DNA of 63,913 bases, filler included, from Octopus bimaculoides (Eukaryota): assembly GCF_001194135.2 (NCBI RefSeq). It is 5 parts of 5 records of this genome, joined end to end, with 100 filler letters (N's around TTAATTAATTAA, not from the genome) between each part and the next. Parts side by side here need not be neighbours in the genome. Positions count along the whole stretch, not along the records: positions 46,122 to 62,120 come from NC_068996.1; 4 more parts are not named here. One strand, written 5' to 3'. Each line of letters begins with the position of its first letter. Position 1 is the stretch's first letter. Of the stretch, positions 47,864-61,250 are shown one piece after another. Below the pieces are notes generated by a model. The model worked only from the letters and a program-made list of their open reading frames with translations. It was not told the origin of the DNA and ran no database searches. Made by a program: the position numbers and the translations under genes.

Positions 47864-48043
47864 CAGGGTGCGGCAGAAAAGCTGCCCCGATTTCAAGGTT
47901 AATAAAAAAAAAACTAACATGAAGATGCAAGAAAAGCGATGCTCTCCACTCCATAGAAATTCAAAGTTTTTTTTTATGCATCTTCATGTGTTTGTTTTTT
48001 TTATCAACCCTTGAAACCGGGGCATCCTTTCTGCTGCACCTTG
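47864..48043. mobile_element. Tc1/mariner-type MITE with TIRs of about 65 bp
   Basis: TA-cagggtgcggcagaaaagctgccccg..catgaagatgca / tgcatcttcatg..cggggcatcctttctgctgcaccttg. Confidence 0.8.
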
Positions 48044-48203
48044 TGTATGTATCAGGACTGTCTTAAGGACTGGACGTACCCTATCTCTCTCTTCTATCTT
48101 TTCTCTTGTCAAAGAAGATATTTCTCCAGCATTCGCTATTTTACCCTCGTTCTTGTCTAACGAACCTCCATGTTTGTTTTCGCTCGATTTATTTGTATGT
48201 CTC

Positions 48204-48275
48204 CACTGTACTGTTTTTGTTCCCAACTTTGACCCTCCACACTGTACTATTTTTGTTCCCAACTTTGACCCTCCA
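48204..48275. repeat. 36-bp tandem duplication
   Basis: cactgtact(g/a)tttttgttcccaactttgaccctcca twice. Confidence 0.9.
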
Positions 48276-48509
48276 TAAAATCCCAAATTTTATTTTGACA
48301 CTTATGGGAGAAACTATTTTCGAAGAATAGTATTGTCGTTCAGTGCTCGAAATGAGTAGACAGCCGACAACAGATGAAGGGTCTCTCTTTATGTCACTTG
48401 TCCTGTTTTCCATTTGTTTTTGTCGTTGTTTGAGTATTGAACTCATTTGTTTACATATTTACTGTTGGTGACGTCCTGTACCCATATATTCGCGCGCGCG
48501 TGTATATAT

Positions 48510-48860
48510 TAGGCGTAGCTGTGTGGTAAGAAGTTTGCTTCCTAATTACATTGTTCTCTGTTTAGTCCCACTGCGTGACACTTTGGCCTAGTCTCTTCTA
48601 TAGCTTTGGGTTGACTGAATTCTTCTGAGTGGATTTGATAAGCTGAAACTGAAAGAAATCTGTCATACATGTTTGTGTGTTCTACCACTGCTCGCCAACC
48701 GGTTTGGGTTTGTTACGTAGTCCGGCAAAAGAACCGATAGGATAAGTGATGGACTTAAAAAGAAAACAAATTAAGTGCTGGGGTCGATTCATTTGACTAA
48801 AACGCTGGAAGGCGGTGCTCTAACGTGGCCGTAGTCTGACTGAAACAAATAAAAGAATTC
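48510..48860 (+). mobile_element. SINE family A, diverged
   Basis: gctgtgtggtaag...ggcggtgctctaacgtggcc..tgactgaaacaa. Confidence 0.75.
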
Positions 48861-49026
48861 TATATACGGGTAAACAAATTATATATATTAAATATCCGTA
48901 TAATTGCCTCCATATCTGCTCAACTTGATCTCTTTACAGTCATTCTTTTCCCGCCAAATTGATCCCCCCGTAAAGACATCGGAGCCGAAGTTTGAATTAT
49001 TTGAGGGTCTTCTATACTGAGAATTT

Positions 49027-49136
49027 GGTTAGGGTTTAGGGCTAGGGACGGAATTCCCTAACCCTAACTCCGACCCAAAAACCCTAACCCTAACACCCTA
49101 GTGAAAATCATGCGGGTGTTAATCTGAAAAATTACC
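49027..49136. mobile_element. TTAGGG-containing foldback element, copy 2 (left arm truncated)
   Basis: Right arm ccctaacaccctagtgaaaatcatgcgggtgttaatctgaaaaattacc; 8-bp direct repeats gagaattt at 49019-49026 and 49137-49144. Confidence 0.85.
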
Positions 49137-49159
49137 GAGAATTTCTGGATCTCATCTGC

Positions 49160-49205
<46 letters not shown>

Positions 49206-49544
49206 TTTTGGACTAATGGGTAGAGCACTGGCACAGCTTGGGGCTTCCGGTGTCATCCGCAGTCAGTATATTTCCGTTGGATCTACCCAGGAATTCCGCA
49301 GTGTTAGTTGAGATAATAATGATTTCTTAAGTAACCAGAAGATGGATTTGGTATTAATCTATTTGTACAACGGTCGCGTCGACCCATCCTTCTACTGTCC
49401 CTTATGGGTCGGATCCCTTTCAACTTGTGTTGCATTAATGCCAAATCCATCTTCTGGTTACTTAAATTATAAAGACGCAATCAAGTTTGAATCCCGACAT
49501 CGTTCCTTGAAACTCCTAGAAACAGCAGCAGCTGGTAGAAACGA

Positions 49545-49755
49545 TAGCGAGCCGGGCGAAATGCTCAGCGGTATTTCGTCTGCTGTTATGTTCTGAGTTC
49601 AAATTCCGCCGAGGTCGACTTTGCCTTTCATCCTTTTGGGGTCGATTAAATAAGTACCAGTTACGCACTGGGATCGAAATAATCGACTTAATCCGTTTGT
49701 CTGTCCTTGTTTGTCCCCTCTGTGTGTAGCCCCTTGCGGGCAGTAAAGAAATAAG
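49545..49755 (+). mobile_element. SINE family B with alternative 3' tail
   Basis: B core followed by ccgtttgtctgtccttgtttgtcccctctgtgtgtagccccttgcgggcagtaaagaaata. Confidence 0.85.
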
Positions 49756-51414
49756 AAACAGCAGCAGCCGACTCAAATTATAAGATTGTAAGATATCTCT
49801 GTAAAATGGAAATAAGTTAGTACGATATGCGAAATTCAAATCCGTCGGTGTCTTCGGTACTTATTTTTATTTTTAAATGTATATATTTTCCTTTTTACTT
49901 TGACTGACGTATCTGCTGGAACTCCTATTAGTCGGATTTCAAGTGTTCTAATTCCTAAGAAAAACATTTTTTTATTGTTATGTTAATGTGAAAACCACAT
50001 TAGAACAACCGCTCCTTAAACATTGTTCTTGTTTTCTTTTGGTTCAATGTTAAGAACGTTGACTTGGGAGGTGGTGGTGGAAAGGAAACGATGTCATAGC
50101 TGCACTCCTCGTTTTTACGTTGTCTAAGGGTCGATTCTTCATTGTCTCGTCTTTTGAGGTCAATAAGTAATAATAATAATCGTTTCTTTATTAGCCACAG
50201 GGGCCGAACACAAAACAAATGGGGACAGTACAAAACGAGACATTTGAGGTTAACCACGAATCGAGTAAACACTAAAATAACAATGACAACAATACAGTTA
50301 AGCAATAAAAATTCCCCAACCGAGGAATTCAACGCATCCTTGTTACCCCGACTATCAGGTGCATCTCGGCAGGCGCCCCTCTCCTCAACTCCTCCGGTTT
50401 ATAAGCGAATGTTTAGAGTAGGCGATACGTGAACCGCGATATGGCGAAGGATTACTCTACACTTAGTTTCTTGACCTTCATTGTAAGTGAAACTTTAAAA
50501 TGTTGAAGGTATTGACCTAAGAGAACACAATGTACCAGTGATATTATTGTCAAACCTCTCTACGCTTACTAAATTAATTGACCTTGTATTTATTTTCAAT
50601 ATGAATTGTTTAATTGCGTAGTCCATTCACTTCACCCAGTCTCTTGTCTGTTTTTAAGTAGGGGAATTGGAAGCTTCAATAGATCATTGTGATCAGCGGA
50701 AATATTCAGTCTAGTCCAAAGATTCCACCTAGCCCAATGAGGTATCAAACTCTGATACCCACAAATCTTTACTCCAAAAACGTAATGAGTTCACTCTCTT
50801 TTAGAGGTAACATATATAGTATAAATCTTAGTTGTTCTTAAACAATGTGTGTGTGTGTGTGTGTATATATATTATATATAGTGTGTGTGTGTGTATGTAT
50901 GTATGCCCGAGCGCGTGTGTTCGTGCAAGTGTTAAATTAAGCAGAAAAACCGCGAGAGTTCCAGATAGACAGGTGCTTGTTAAAGAGACATAGCGTGGCA
51001 AGTCGCCTGCGTCAGTCATTTGTTTATTTTAAATTAAAAGAATGTTTGTTCTCTCTGGCTCCCCCGCCCACCTCTCTATTGTGTGGACCATTTAATTATA
51101 CTGTCGTATTTCGCCTACTTCTGGAGAACAGGTATGAACTTTTAAAGAAAGGTTAACTTAGCTAGATAGATATAGATTGTCGTTGTTTCCTAGTAAAAGA
51201 TGTTTAATCGCTCGCTTCAGCATTCCGAACCCGTACAATGTAAAGGGCTAAGGAGAAGACGCCAGGGGACGTTCTGCTCGCAAAAAATACAAACATGTAA
51301 TACAGCTTGTTGAAAAACTTAGATTAACAGGTTTTTCTATGAAGTTAGAAAACATATTCCCTCATAAGAGGATCTTTAACTTACAGTTATTGGACTGCGA
51401 CTCATCACACGCAC

Positions 51415-51451
<37 letters not shown>

Positions 51452-52084
51452 CTTATTTCAGTTTCCGTAAATCCATTCCGGTCGATCCGGGGTTGCAGTA
51501 GAAAGGTGCCACGCTGTGAGACTGAATCCAGAACCATGTTGGGAAGCAAACTTAAAATATATATTAAAAAAGAAATAAACAATAGAAAAATCATATGCCA
51601 GAGTAATTACTCTAAAAATGCCAGGTAATCCAAAATTTTTGTAAAATAAAGGCGATACTGTTAGTGAATTTGGTTTTTTAAGCCTAACAGGTGACAACAG
51701 TAGACGTTTCTGTTTTGAGCTTTCTCTACGAATATTCTATACAGTTGGCTAGACTTAGATTATCCTTGTGTGTATTTTTTATCTGTTTCATTCATTAGAC
51801 TGCGGCCATTCTGGGGCATCGCTTCGAAGAACTTTTTTTAGCCGAATGAATCAACCCCAGTACTTATTTTTTTTATTTAGAGCCTGATACTTATTTTATT
51901 GGGGTCTTTTACCGAATCGCTAAACAAACCAACACCAGTTGTCAAGAGGTGATGAGGGCATACACACATACAACTGGCTTCTTTCAGTTTCCATCTACCA
52001 AATCCACTCACAAGGCTTTGGTTGGCCTGAAGCTATAGAAGATACTTGTCTAAGGTATATATATATATATATGCACACACACAC

Positions 52085-52165
52085 TTTATTTAAAAGCAGC
52101 AGATATATCACAAAATCTTACTCAGTTTCCCATTTTTTGTTATATTTCTGCTGCTTTTAAATAAA
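52085..52165. repeat. 31-bp inverted repeat with a short core
   Basis: tttatttaaaagcagcagatatatcacaaaa / ttttgttatatttctgctgcttttaaataaa. Confidence 0.75.
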
Positions 52166-53141
52166 GCATATTACTCTACCTCTGGTATTTGAGTACTCAT
52201 TTTTTCCCACCTTGTTTCACATTTATGTGCTTACCCCGGTATACACACACACACACCTTGGGCAAGTATCTTCTATAGCTTCGGGCCGACCAAAGCCTTG
52301 TGAGTGGGTAGTCGTGATTTATTCACTGGACTGCAAGCCTGCTGTGGCACTATTTGGAGGGGTTTAATCGAACATATCCTCTACAAACACTTTGGAGCTG
52401 GACGGAGATTAACAATATAGCAAACAAAATTAATTTCAAATTTTTTATGAAAAACTCCATATTTGATCCGCGCAACAATCTCTAAATGAACGGCCGAAAC
52501 AAGTGAAACAGCATGTTTTACATACCTGTTGTATACGTCGGTCTTCATAGAAGCAAACACGATATTGTTAATCTCCGTGTTTTTCCACGTAGATTTCGAA
52601 AAAAGTTAAAATTTTTTAAAAGTGGGTGGGTGGGGGAGGAATTAAAAATTTTTAAAACGTGATTTNNNNNNNNNNNNNNNNNNNNNNNNNNNNNNNNNNN
52701 NNNNNNNNNNNNNNNNNNNNNNNNNNNNNNNNNNNNNNNNNNNNNNNNNNNNNNNNNNNGGGGGGGGGTGACTATCGTCTAGCTCCATCTACTCTTTTAA
52801 AGTTTGTTATTCTGTTGATCGCTAGCTTAGAGGGACGTAAGCAAACACTCATACACGCATAAATATATGTCTATCACACACATACACTGTACTTGAAATT
52901 AGTAATCGAAGGCAACCCCTGTTTATTCACATGGTAGCTGGACTCGCTAGATGTAACAACCAATAAAAATGGCGTTAGATAAATCTGTCTCAACTCCACA
53001 ACGTGTGTGTGTGTGTGTGTGTGTGCAAGTGAAATAGTCATTTGGATTGGAATATCGTTCATATGTATGGCTTTATCGTGGCTAGCATAAATTGATAACG
53101 ACGACTATGAAGTTAATTCGAATGACCACATTGGCAGTATT

Positions 53142-53295
53142 CACTAGCGTAGCTAGGGTGTGTGCTGCGAGGGGCGGCCCTTCCGTTTGCCGCTCCCGGA
53201 TCCCACAAGAAACACATTGTCTGCAGCAGACCCCAAAGTGTCGCCCCTGTAACAATGCCGCCCGAGGTAGACCGCCCCCTTCAGTTACGCTACTG
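53142..53295. mobile_element. GC-rich MITE with hAT-like termini
   Basis: TIR cactagcgtagct / agttacgctactg; degenerate 8-bp TSD gcagtatt / gcaatact. Confidence 0.7.
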
Positions 53296-53869
53296 GCAAT
53301 ACTTCGCTGACTTAAGGAAAAAAAAGAAAAAAAGTACACGTGACACCTTTGTAGGTCATCAATGTTACTAGCTGTCTGGCTAGTTTGTTGGTGTTCAGTT
53401 TGAATGTCTGCCGGGTAAAAATCTAAGGAAACTGTTAGGAGACGACAATTCTACAGGGAGTTTAGCTATTTTTGGCGAAGTATTTCATTTCTGAAATGAA
53501 GAGCGGAAATTTCAATTAATTTCTTTTTTATGTTTGCTTGTGGGGTTTTTGTACATCATCCTTTAAAAAATATTTATGCGTATTCATGCCACTTAAACTA
53601 TATCCATTAGCTCATTTTATGTAGTTTAAATACCAAAATCACTTCTTGTATGACACTGTAGGAATGTGGAAAGCAAGAGAGACGGTTCTATTGGTTGAAT
53701 CTAAGTCCAGAGGGAATAGTTGAGAATCCAGGTCGTTTCCTTTTGTTTTAGAACAACCTGTTTTGTTTACTGTTGAAGGGGGCCATTCATTGTCTCACCA
53801 TGTGAAAGTGGGGAGACACACGACCTAATAGCGATAATAATAATACACAAGACCTACATCAACAAAAAT

Positions 53870-54540
53870 AATCCTTTCTACTAATAGGTACAAGGCTTGA
53901 AATTTGAGAGAAGACGGGGCTAGGCAATTACATTGACTTCAGTACTCGACTGGTACTTATTTTATTAAGTTCGAAAGGATGAAAGGCAAAATCGACCGGG
54001 CGAATTTAAACCCCGAAAGTAAAGACGGGTGAAAGCCGCTAATAATAATAATTCGTTTTATTGGCCACAAGGGCTAATATCAATTAAAAACATAAGGACA
54101 AAGACAGGACGAAGGTTACAAAAGGTCTTGTCCGAAAAGGTAGGAAAGTTCGTCTAAACAGAGGAAGAAAACGGAGAAAGATATAGATAAATAGATAAAT
54201 AAGTGGAACTCCCAAAGGGGGAGGCGCTTCGAAAAAGGATTCCTTCTACTCTATGCACAAAGAGCGAAATTTTGCGGGAGGGAGCTAGTCGATTGCATCG
54301 ACTGCGAAAGGTTGAAAGGCAAAGTCAATTACGGCAAGATTCAAATTTTGGCACAGGGCCAGCAATTTCAAGGGAGAGCAAAAGTCGGTTATAGCGATCT
54401 CAGTTTCTAACTGGAGCTTATTTTATCCATCCCGGGAATGTGAAAGGCAATCAACCTCGGCTTGAACTCATGAGGTCAAGAGCCGGAAGAAATGCTGCTA
54501 AGCATTTTTTTCCGGTGGGACCGTTTCTGCCGGCTCGTCG
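53870..54540 (-). mobile_element. Two SINE B copies flanking a family F segment (54041-54221)
   Basis: Reverse complement of the B and F sequences at 9726-10325. Confidence 0.75.
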
Positions 54541-55284
54541 TCAGCGCAGAAAAGTCCAGAACCATGACAGACAAGCTGGTTAGAGTTCGATGTAAAGTAG
54601 TAATTGAATTTCGCCGACCGCCCAACGGAACTGACACTAAAGTGGAGTGTTATATACTCAAGTATCGCTGAAATTTTGGTTGTTGTTGTTATTGTGGTAA
54701 TGAGAATCGTTGCTCCTCTTGGTGTAATTAACTTGTGAGAAAACTATATAATGGTTTTAATTATACGTTTCTATTAGATCGATTCGAAGTACTAGTCTAG
54801 TAGTTTTGTTTAGCACTAATTGAGCTACAATGTAAGGCGTCCCGTCGGTGACTATCTCGTCTACATAGTCCAATGTAGCTTTCTTTTTGTAAGAACATAG
54901 TGTGATTTGGAGATTCGGCTGTTGTTTCTAACCAACCGAACGGCTGGGTAGAGCCCTCTCGTCACCTGCGAAGCTCTAGATGTCTGCTACTCTTCAAAGA
55001 TTTGTCGTTTCAAAGAAACTATATTCATATGGGTTACCATTTGAAGGTTCTTCCTTAGCCATTCTTATCGTAGTAGTTTTAGTATCAAAGTGTCACGCAA
55101 CTAAAAGAGTACAAATTATTCTGCCTGAACAGATACAAACAAGGTTTCGGATTGTTAAAGCGTGTGGGGACGTTAGTTCGTACGTACGGTAGACATTTCG
55201 TTGATCTAAAGCAATGTTTTCAACCATACACCACTTCGATTTTAAAGAAATAAAAGTGCTCCTCCATGAACGGATAAAGTGTGT

Positions 55285-57210
55285 ATAGGCGCGGGCATGG
55301 ATGTTTCGTAATTTATCCCCAACAATATGATGCTCAAATCGATCGTATGCTCAACAGGGCTTTGAGTTCAGTCCCACTGCATGACATCTTGGGCAAGTGT
55401 CTTAACATAGTCCCGGTTTAATCAATGACTTGAGAGTGACTGAGACAAGATTGAAAAGAGTTTCTTTTATTTAAAAGTTTATTGCAAGTTTTCACTTATT
55501 ACCAACATATTCACCGTTCTGATGTAACCACCATGGGAAATAGTAATCTTGGAAAGAAATACGATTTAAGTTTTCTCAATTATTTAGACCTGACACCAAC
55601 CATCTCACCCAGAAACTGTCTGGTTCTCGTACAAAACTATTTAAAAATATTCATAGTTTAATTAAACCTTTCGTCATATTCCAGAAGTTAGTTATCCTAG
55701 TGAATAACTCGAAATTTTTCATTAATTTTTATTTCAAAATTAATTGGAATAGTTGGTGTCAATTTCATTAGGAATATGATCCCCAAAGGTTTAAACGCGA
55801 ACCGGAAGAACAAACGGATTTAGGACAAATTAAACAAGCTACAGCTTAGAGCCTTCCTGTCCGTAGGGGCTCCGAAATAATTAGACTAAGTTTTCGTATT
55901 TTGTGATATGTTAAGATGTCAGTTTTTAACAAGGGACCTTCAAGCTTTTTGTGGAATTTAGGGCCTTACCAAATCTAAATTCGACACTTCCGTGGAACAG
56001 AATTGAATTGGGCGTGACTGTGTGGTTGAGAAACTTGCTTTTTAACCATGTGGCTTTTGGTTCACTCCGACTACGCCGCATTTTGGGAAAGTGTCTTCCA
56101 CTACTACCCCAAGCCAATCTTGTGTAGGTTTGGTAGGCGAGTGCGGGGGGGGGGGACTCATGTTTGTCTTTCGTCACCGCTTGAGAATTGGTGTTGACTT
56201 GTTTACGTCACCTTAAATTAGTATGTCCCTGTAATTTAGTTTGGTTCAACAGACCGATATTATCAGTACCAGACTTTAAAAAGAAAAAAAAAAAGTTCTG
56301 GAATCGATTTGTTCGGCTGAACCTTTCAAAGCAGTGCCCCACATGGCTGTGGTCCAGTGACTGAAAGATGCAAAAAAGGTTAGGGAATATAGGTGATCGA
56401 ATCGACCAAGTGCGTGCGTGTGTGCGTTTATCGCCTCTTGTATTGACGAAGTAGTGAGCTTCATTGTGAATTATAACTCGAAAGCGAAAAGAATTTCTTA
56501 TATCGAGACAAGGGCACGTATTTAATGGGAAACAAGATAGTCGATTGAATCGATTTGTTCTACGTAGGCTGTAGATACTGATTCGCTCTGCCGGTCTTTC
56601 TTGTGCTGTTCTACGACAACTGTATTTTTAAAAACGATTCTCATTATGTAGAAAACAATTAGACGTGTGTGATGTATATATTTACTCACACACTCGACTG
56701 AGAAGACTGGCAAATAAAGCTTTCAGATGCAATGAGTGTATCTGGAACTGTTTCTGACGAGTGAGTCTCCCAGTCGCTACTTTAATATCGATTCCAGTGC
56801 TTGGGTGGTGCTGTATTTTATCGACCCCGAACTTGACCTCGGTGGGATTTGAACTCGAAATGTAAAAGAGCCGGAAGAAATGCCGCTAAGTATTTTGTCT
56901 GATGTGCTAACTATTCTGCCAGCTCGCTGCCTTTTACTGTTAACTTTCTGAAATTATCGTTACAGGTTTTCTTTGGAAATTAGAGCCAGCGATTAACTTT
57001 TAATTATCTATCTATTAAGGCAGTGAGCTGACAATCGTTTGCATGCCAGACAAACTGCTAAGCAGCATTTCGTCCGTCCTTACGTTCTGAATCCAAATTC
57101 CGCCGAGGTCGGTAAAATAAGTACCAGTCAAATTACTGAGGTTGATGTAATCGCCTTTACTCCTCCCCGCTCAAAAACTGCTGCCCTTGTACCAAAGATT
57201 TAAACCATTA
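55285..57210. mobile_element. Scattered diverged SINE A (55285-55450, 56005-56380) and SINE B (56780-56935 minus, 57015-57210 plus) copies
   Basis: Family cores are recognisable; intervening DNA is unassigned. Confidence 0.65.
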
Positions 57211-58541
57211 TTTATTATCAAACATTAATATTGTATCAAAATTCACATTGCAAATATATTGTTTAAAACAGTGTTGGTATCTTCAAGAAATTTCTTAGAT
57301 TATCCGAAACACGGCATTACTGAGGATGTTCGTGAGGCTGACAACTTTGTAGTTTTGGTGATGTCATGAAATCACTGAGAGATCATCGACGATTTTGAAG
57401 CCTACAATCAGTTATATTCTTAGCTGTGTGTTCCTTTTAATGCATAGAGAGGGTGAGAAAGAATAAGTATGAGCAATTGTTTCGTTGTGCTACCGAAAGA
57501 GAGCGAGTTGACATTTCCTCTACGAAAGGTGTCCTCTTTACGGAAATAGTGTGTTGTACTGATTGCACGTTGATGACGCTTGTATGCGGAAATGTTATGG
57601 AGTGTATAGTGGTTTCACCTTGTTGTTTAGAAGTGATAGTATATATAGGTCACTAATGTTCGTTAAAGGAAGAGCGTGAAAAGTTTAAACTACAACGTAT
57701 ACCAGAGTTGGAGTTATTCGGCTTTTTCTTTGATGGTTTTATCAAGAGAGATGGCTTGTGTTCATGTCCTCGTTTCTTGTTTGTGTAATTTGTGTGGATC
57801 GATCTTGTGTCATCACATGCTGTAATACAGCTGCATGACAAAAAGCTTCCAGTGGAGCCTCTGAAACGAAGAGTTGAAGAGGTTATAATGCTCGAGGTAT
57901 TTCGTACTGGTGTTTAACAAATGAGTAAAAGCGATCCAATGTGAACGTTCTGTGCATATTGGTCATTCGACTACTAAAGATAGTAATCGAATTCTCTTAA
58001 ATCATACCCGCCGTTTATGTACGAAAGGAAGAACACGTTTGATAAGGTTGTCCTAGATATAGTGTCTGAAGAAAATGTTATTTTTTTTATGTACCACACT
58101 AAGGGCTGACAAAAACATTGGGAACGGCGATGGACGACACTGCCTGAGACTACATAAAAAAAAGCGTGTAATAAGTTTATAAAGACACAAAAGCAAACAA
58201 AAGAAAATTCAAACAATTATTCAACAAAAGCGGAGCAATCTCTGAGGATTGATGACCAGGGCAGAGTAGGAGGTAGAATTGATTGCAGCCAACTGGACAG
58301 CTGTTGTTAATGAGAGCCTGTGCGTCGTCGATGATGTAGTCCTAAATCTTACTTAGATAGGGAATGCACAAGATAAGGACAAGATGGGAATAAATGAAGC
58401 GGTTAGAGATCAGACCTCTGTCTCTTCAGCCAGGTCTAAGCTGGGATTAAACACCAGTCCATTGCAGGGTTACTTTTACAGCTGAGTGGACTGGGATACG
58501 TGAAATGGTTTAGATTCTCATTTCCGTGGTTTGGAAATCGC

Positions 58542-58582
<41 letters not shown>

Positions 58583-59744
58583 NNNNNNNNNNNNNNNNNN
58601 NNNNNNNNNNNNNNNNNNNNNNNNNNNNNNNNNNNNNNNNNNNNNNNNNNNNNNNNNNNNNNNNNNNNNNNNNNNNNNNNNNNNNNNNNNNNNNNNNNNN
58701 NNNNNNNNNNNNNNNNNNNNNNNNNNNNNNNNNNNNNNNNNNNNNNNNNNNNNNNNNNNNNNNNNNNNNNNNNNNNNNNNNNNNNNNNNNNNNNNNNNNN
58801 NNNNNNNNNNNNNNNNNNNNNNNNNNNNNNNNNNNNNNNNNNNNNNNNNNNNNNNNNNNNNNNNNNNNNNNNNNNNNNNNNNNNNNNNNNNNNNNNNNNN
58901 NNNNNNNNNNNNNNNNNNNNNNNNNNNNNNNNNNNNNNNNNNNNNNNNNNNNNNNNNNNNNNNNNNNNNNNNNNNNNNNNNNNNNNNNNNNNNNNNNNNN
59001 NNNNNNNNNNNNNNNNNNNNNNNNNNNNNNNNNNNNNNNNNNNNNNNNNNNNNNNNNNNNNNNNNNNNNNNNNNNNNNNNNNNNNNNNNNNNNNNNNNNN
59101 NNNNNNNNNNNNNNNNNNNNNNNNNNNNNNNNNNNNNNNNNNNNNNNNNNNNNNNNNNNNNNNNNNNNNNNNNNNNNNNNNNNNNNNNNNNNNNNNNNNN
59201 NNNNNNNNNNNNNNNNNNNNNNNNNNNNNNNNNNNNNNNNNNNNNNNNNNNNNNNNNNNNNNNNNNNNNNNNNNNNNNNNNNNNNNNNNNNNNNNNNNNN
59301 NNNNNNNNNNNNNNNNNNNNNNNNNNNNNNNNNNNNNNNNNNNNNNNNNNNNNNNNNNNNNNNNNNNNNNNNNNNNNNNNNNNNNNNNNNNNNNNNNNNN
59401 NNNNNNNNNNNNNNNNNNNNNNNNNNNNNNNNNNNNNNNNNNNNNNNNNNNNNNNNNNNNNNNNNNNNNNNNNNNNNNNNNNNNNNNNNNNNNNNNNNNN
59501 NNNNNNNNNNNNNNNNNNNNNNNNNNNNNNNNNNNNNNNNNNNNNNNNNNNNNNNNNNNNNNNNNNNNNCTATGTGTATATGCTCCACAAGGGAAAACAA
59601 GGAACATAGTTTACAATGAGGTGTTATAATCACAACAGCAAGAAAGTATGTACATGATCACCTTCTTTTACGAAACTTCATTGACTTTCATATATTTATA
59701 TTGATATACATATATGTGTGTTTGGGTGCGTGTGTGTATATACA

Positions 59745-59835
59745 TCTCTATATATAAAGATGATGCGTAGTCTAGACGGCGTTTTTAGATTTCATTATTC
59801 TCTTTAACCCGGGCAACGCCGGGTATTTCTGCTAG
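59745..59835 (+). mobile_element. Miniature non-autonomous Helitron (91 bp)
   Basis: A^TCtctatatataaag start; hairpin cccgg-gcaacg-ccggg; CTAG^T end. Confidence 0.8.
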
Positions 59836-59875
59836 TATACAATACATTCACTTTAAATCTGCCTGACACGTTTCT

Positions 59876-59995
59876 GGGTAAATTTTCAGATTAACACCCG
59901 CACAATTTTCACTAGGGGGTCAGGGTTAGGGAATTCCGTCCGTAACCCTAACACCCTAGTGAAAATCGTGCAGGTGTTAATCTGAAAATTTACCC
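59876..59995. mobile_element. TTAGGG-containing foldback element, copy 3 (centre in the opposite orientation)
   Basis: gggtaaattttcag...aaatttaccc; perfect 6-bp TSD gtttct. Confidence 0.9.
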
Positions 59996-60209
59996 GTTTC
60001 TGTTGCATAGATGTCCCAGGATGTAGCATCCAGTTGGTTCAGTTGCGTTAAATTATTCCAAGCTGGTGGTTGTAAAAGGTACATATATATTACGAAAATA
60101 TCAGTATTAAAGAAACATTAACGACATCAGTTATGAGTTTCTATGTTATGGCTCAACTAACTAGAAATAGAAGTTAAATTTCTCTTAGATCGTACATTCA
60201 ACCATTTTA

Positions 60210-60252
<43 letters not shown>

Positions 60253-60679
60253 GGACTACAATATGCAATGTCTTTTTAATTTCTATCTCAAAATAAGACA
60301 GCGTGGTCAGGACTGAGATATCTTTGATCCTTGATCTGGTTGATAATGATTCTCCTAGATCTAAACAATGAATGATCTATTTCGTTTGATCTTTTAGATA
60401 TAGTAGCCAAATTTCTCGCCAATCATAAAACAAACAAACAAACAAATAAGAGATATTTGTTAAAAATGCAAAAAAGAAAAGCCCAGTTGCTGTCAGCTTG
60501 ATTGATTATATAAATCTGCCAGATCGTGGTTGACCTTGAACTAAACAACTACCATCACACTACCGATGGGTGACAGTAACGATAATTCTCACGGTGACGA
60601 GTTAATGAGGTGGGACTCTATGTGGTTGCTTGATATGTTAGAAATAGCAATTAAATTTTTCTCAGATTGTATTTCTTTA

Positions 60680-61250
60680 CACTTGTTTCAGTCATTTGAC
60701 TGTGCTGGAGCTCCACTTTGTTGGGTTGTTGGAACAAATCAACTCCTGTAATTTTTCGAAGTCTGATACTTAATCTGTCTGGGTTTTTTGCCATACCACT
60801 AAGTGTGAGGTAAAGAATCCAACACCTACTGTCAAGCGGTGGATGGGGGGACACACCTATCATTTAGCATCCACTTTCCTATGCTTTCATGGCTTGGACG
60901 GAGTTTATTGAGGCAGATTTTCTACGGCTGGATGCCCATCCTGTTGCCAACCATCACTTTTTTTTCCAAATAAGACTATTTCCCTGTGGCTAGACATGTT
61001 CTTGCAGAGTATTGGAAACGAATGACACTGCTTGTATGAAAGTGACAATCATTTTACAACTATTACGCAGTAAAAACAAGGACAGAAACCCCCCACACAC
61101 ACATATTTACCAAATTCACTCATACAAGGTATCGGTCAATTTGAGATGCTAAACAAAAGATACTTGTCGAAGGTGTTGCACTGTGGGACTTGAATCCAAA
61201 ACCATGTATTTGTGAAACCACCTACTTTACCACACAGTCACATTTGCATG
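60680..61250 (-). mobile_element. Diverged SINE A halves flanking a family D-like piece (60865-61050)
   Basis: cttgtttcagtcatttgac; ctacggctggatgccc; tgtgggacttgaatcc..ttaccacacag. Confidence 0.6.

Noticed and set aside
48340-48400. cagatgaaggg as a hammerhead core
   Set aside because: No matching stem II closure and GAAA downstream.
57250-58400. About 1.1 kb of non-repetitive-looking DNA that could be coding or an old LINE
   Set aside because: All frames are interrupted by stops and I recognise no motif; left unassigned.
16529-59633. Long ORFs of 200-500 aa in the ORF track
   Set aside because: They are runs of N translated as X plus dinucleotide repeats and carry no coding information.
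46237-59995. True telomere or chromosome-fusion site suggested by head-to-head TTAGGG/CCCTAA
   Set aside because: Only 2-4 repeats per side, embedded in identical non-telomeric arms with TSDs at three loci; better explained as a mobile element.
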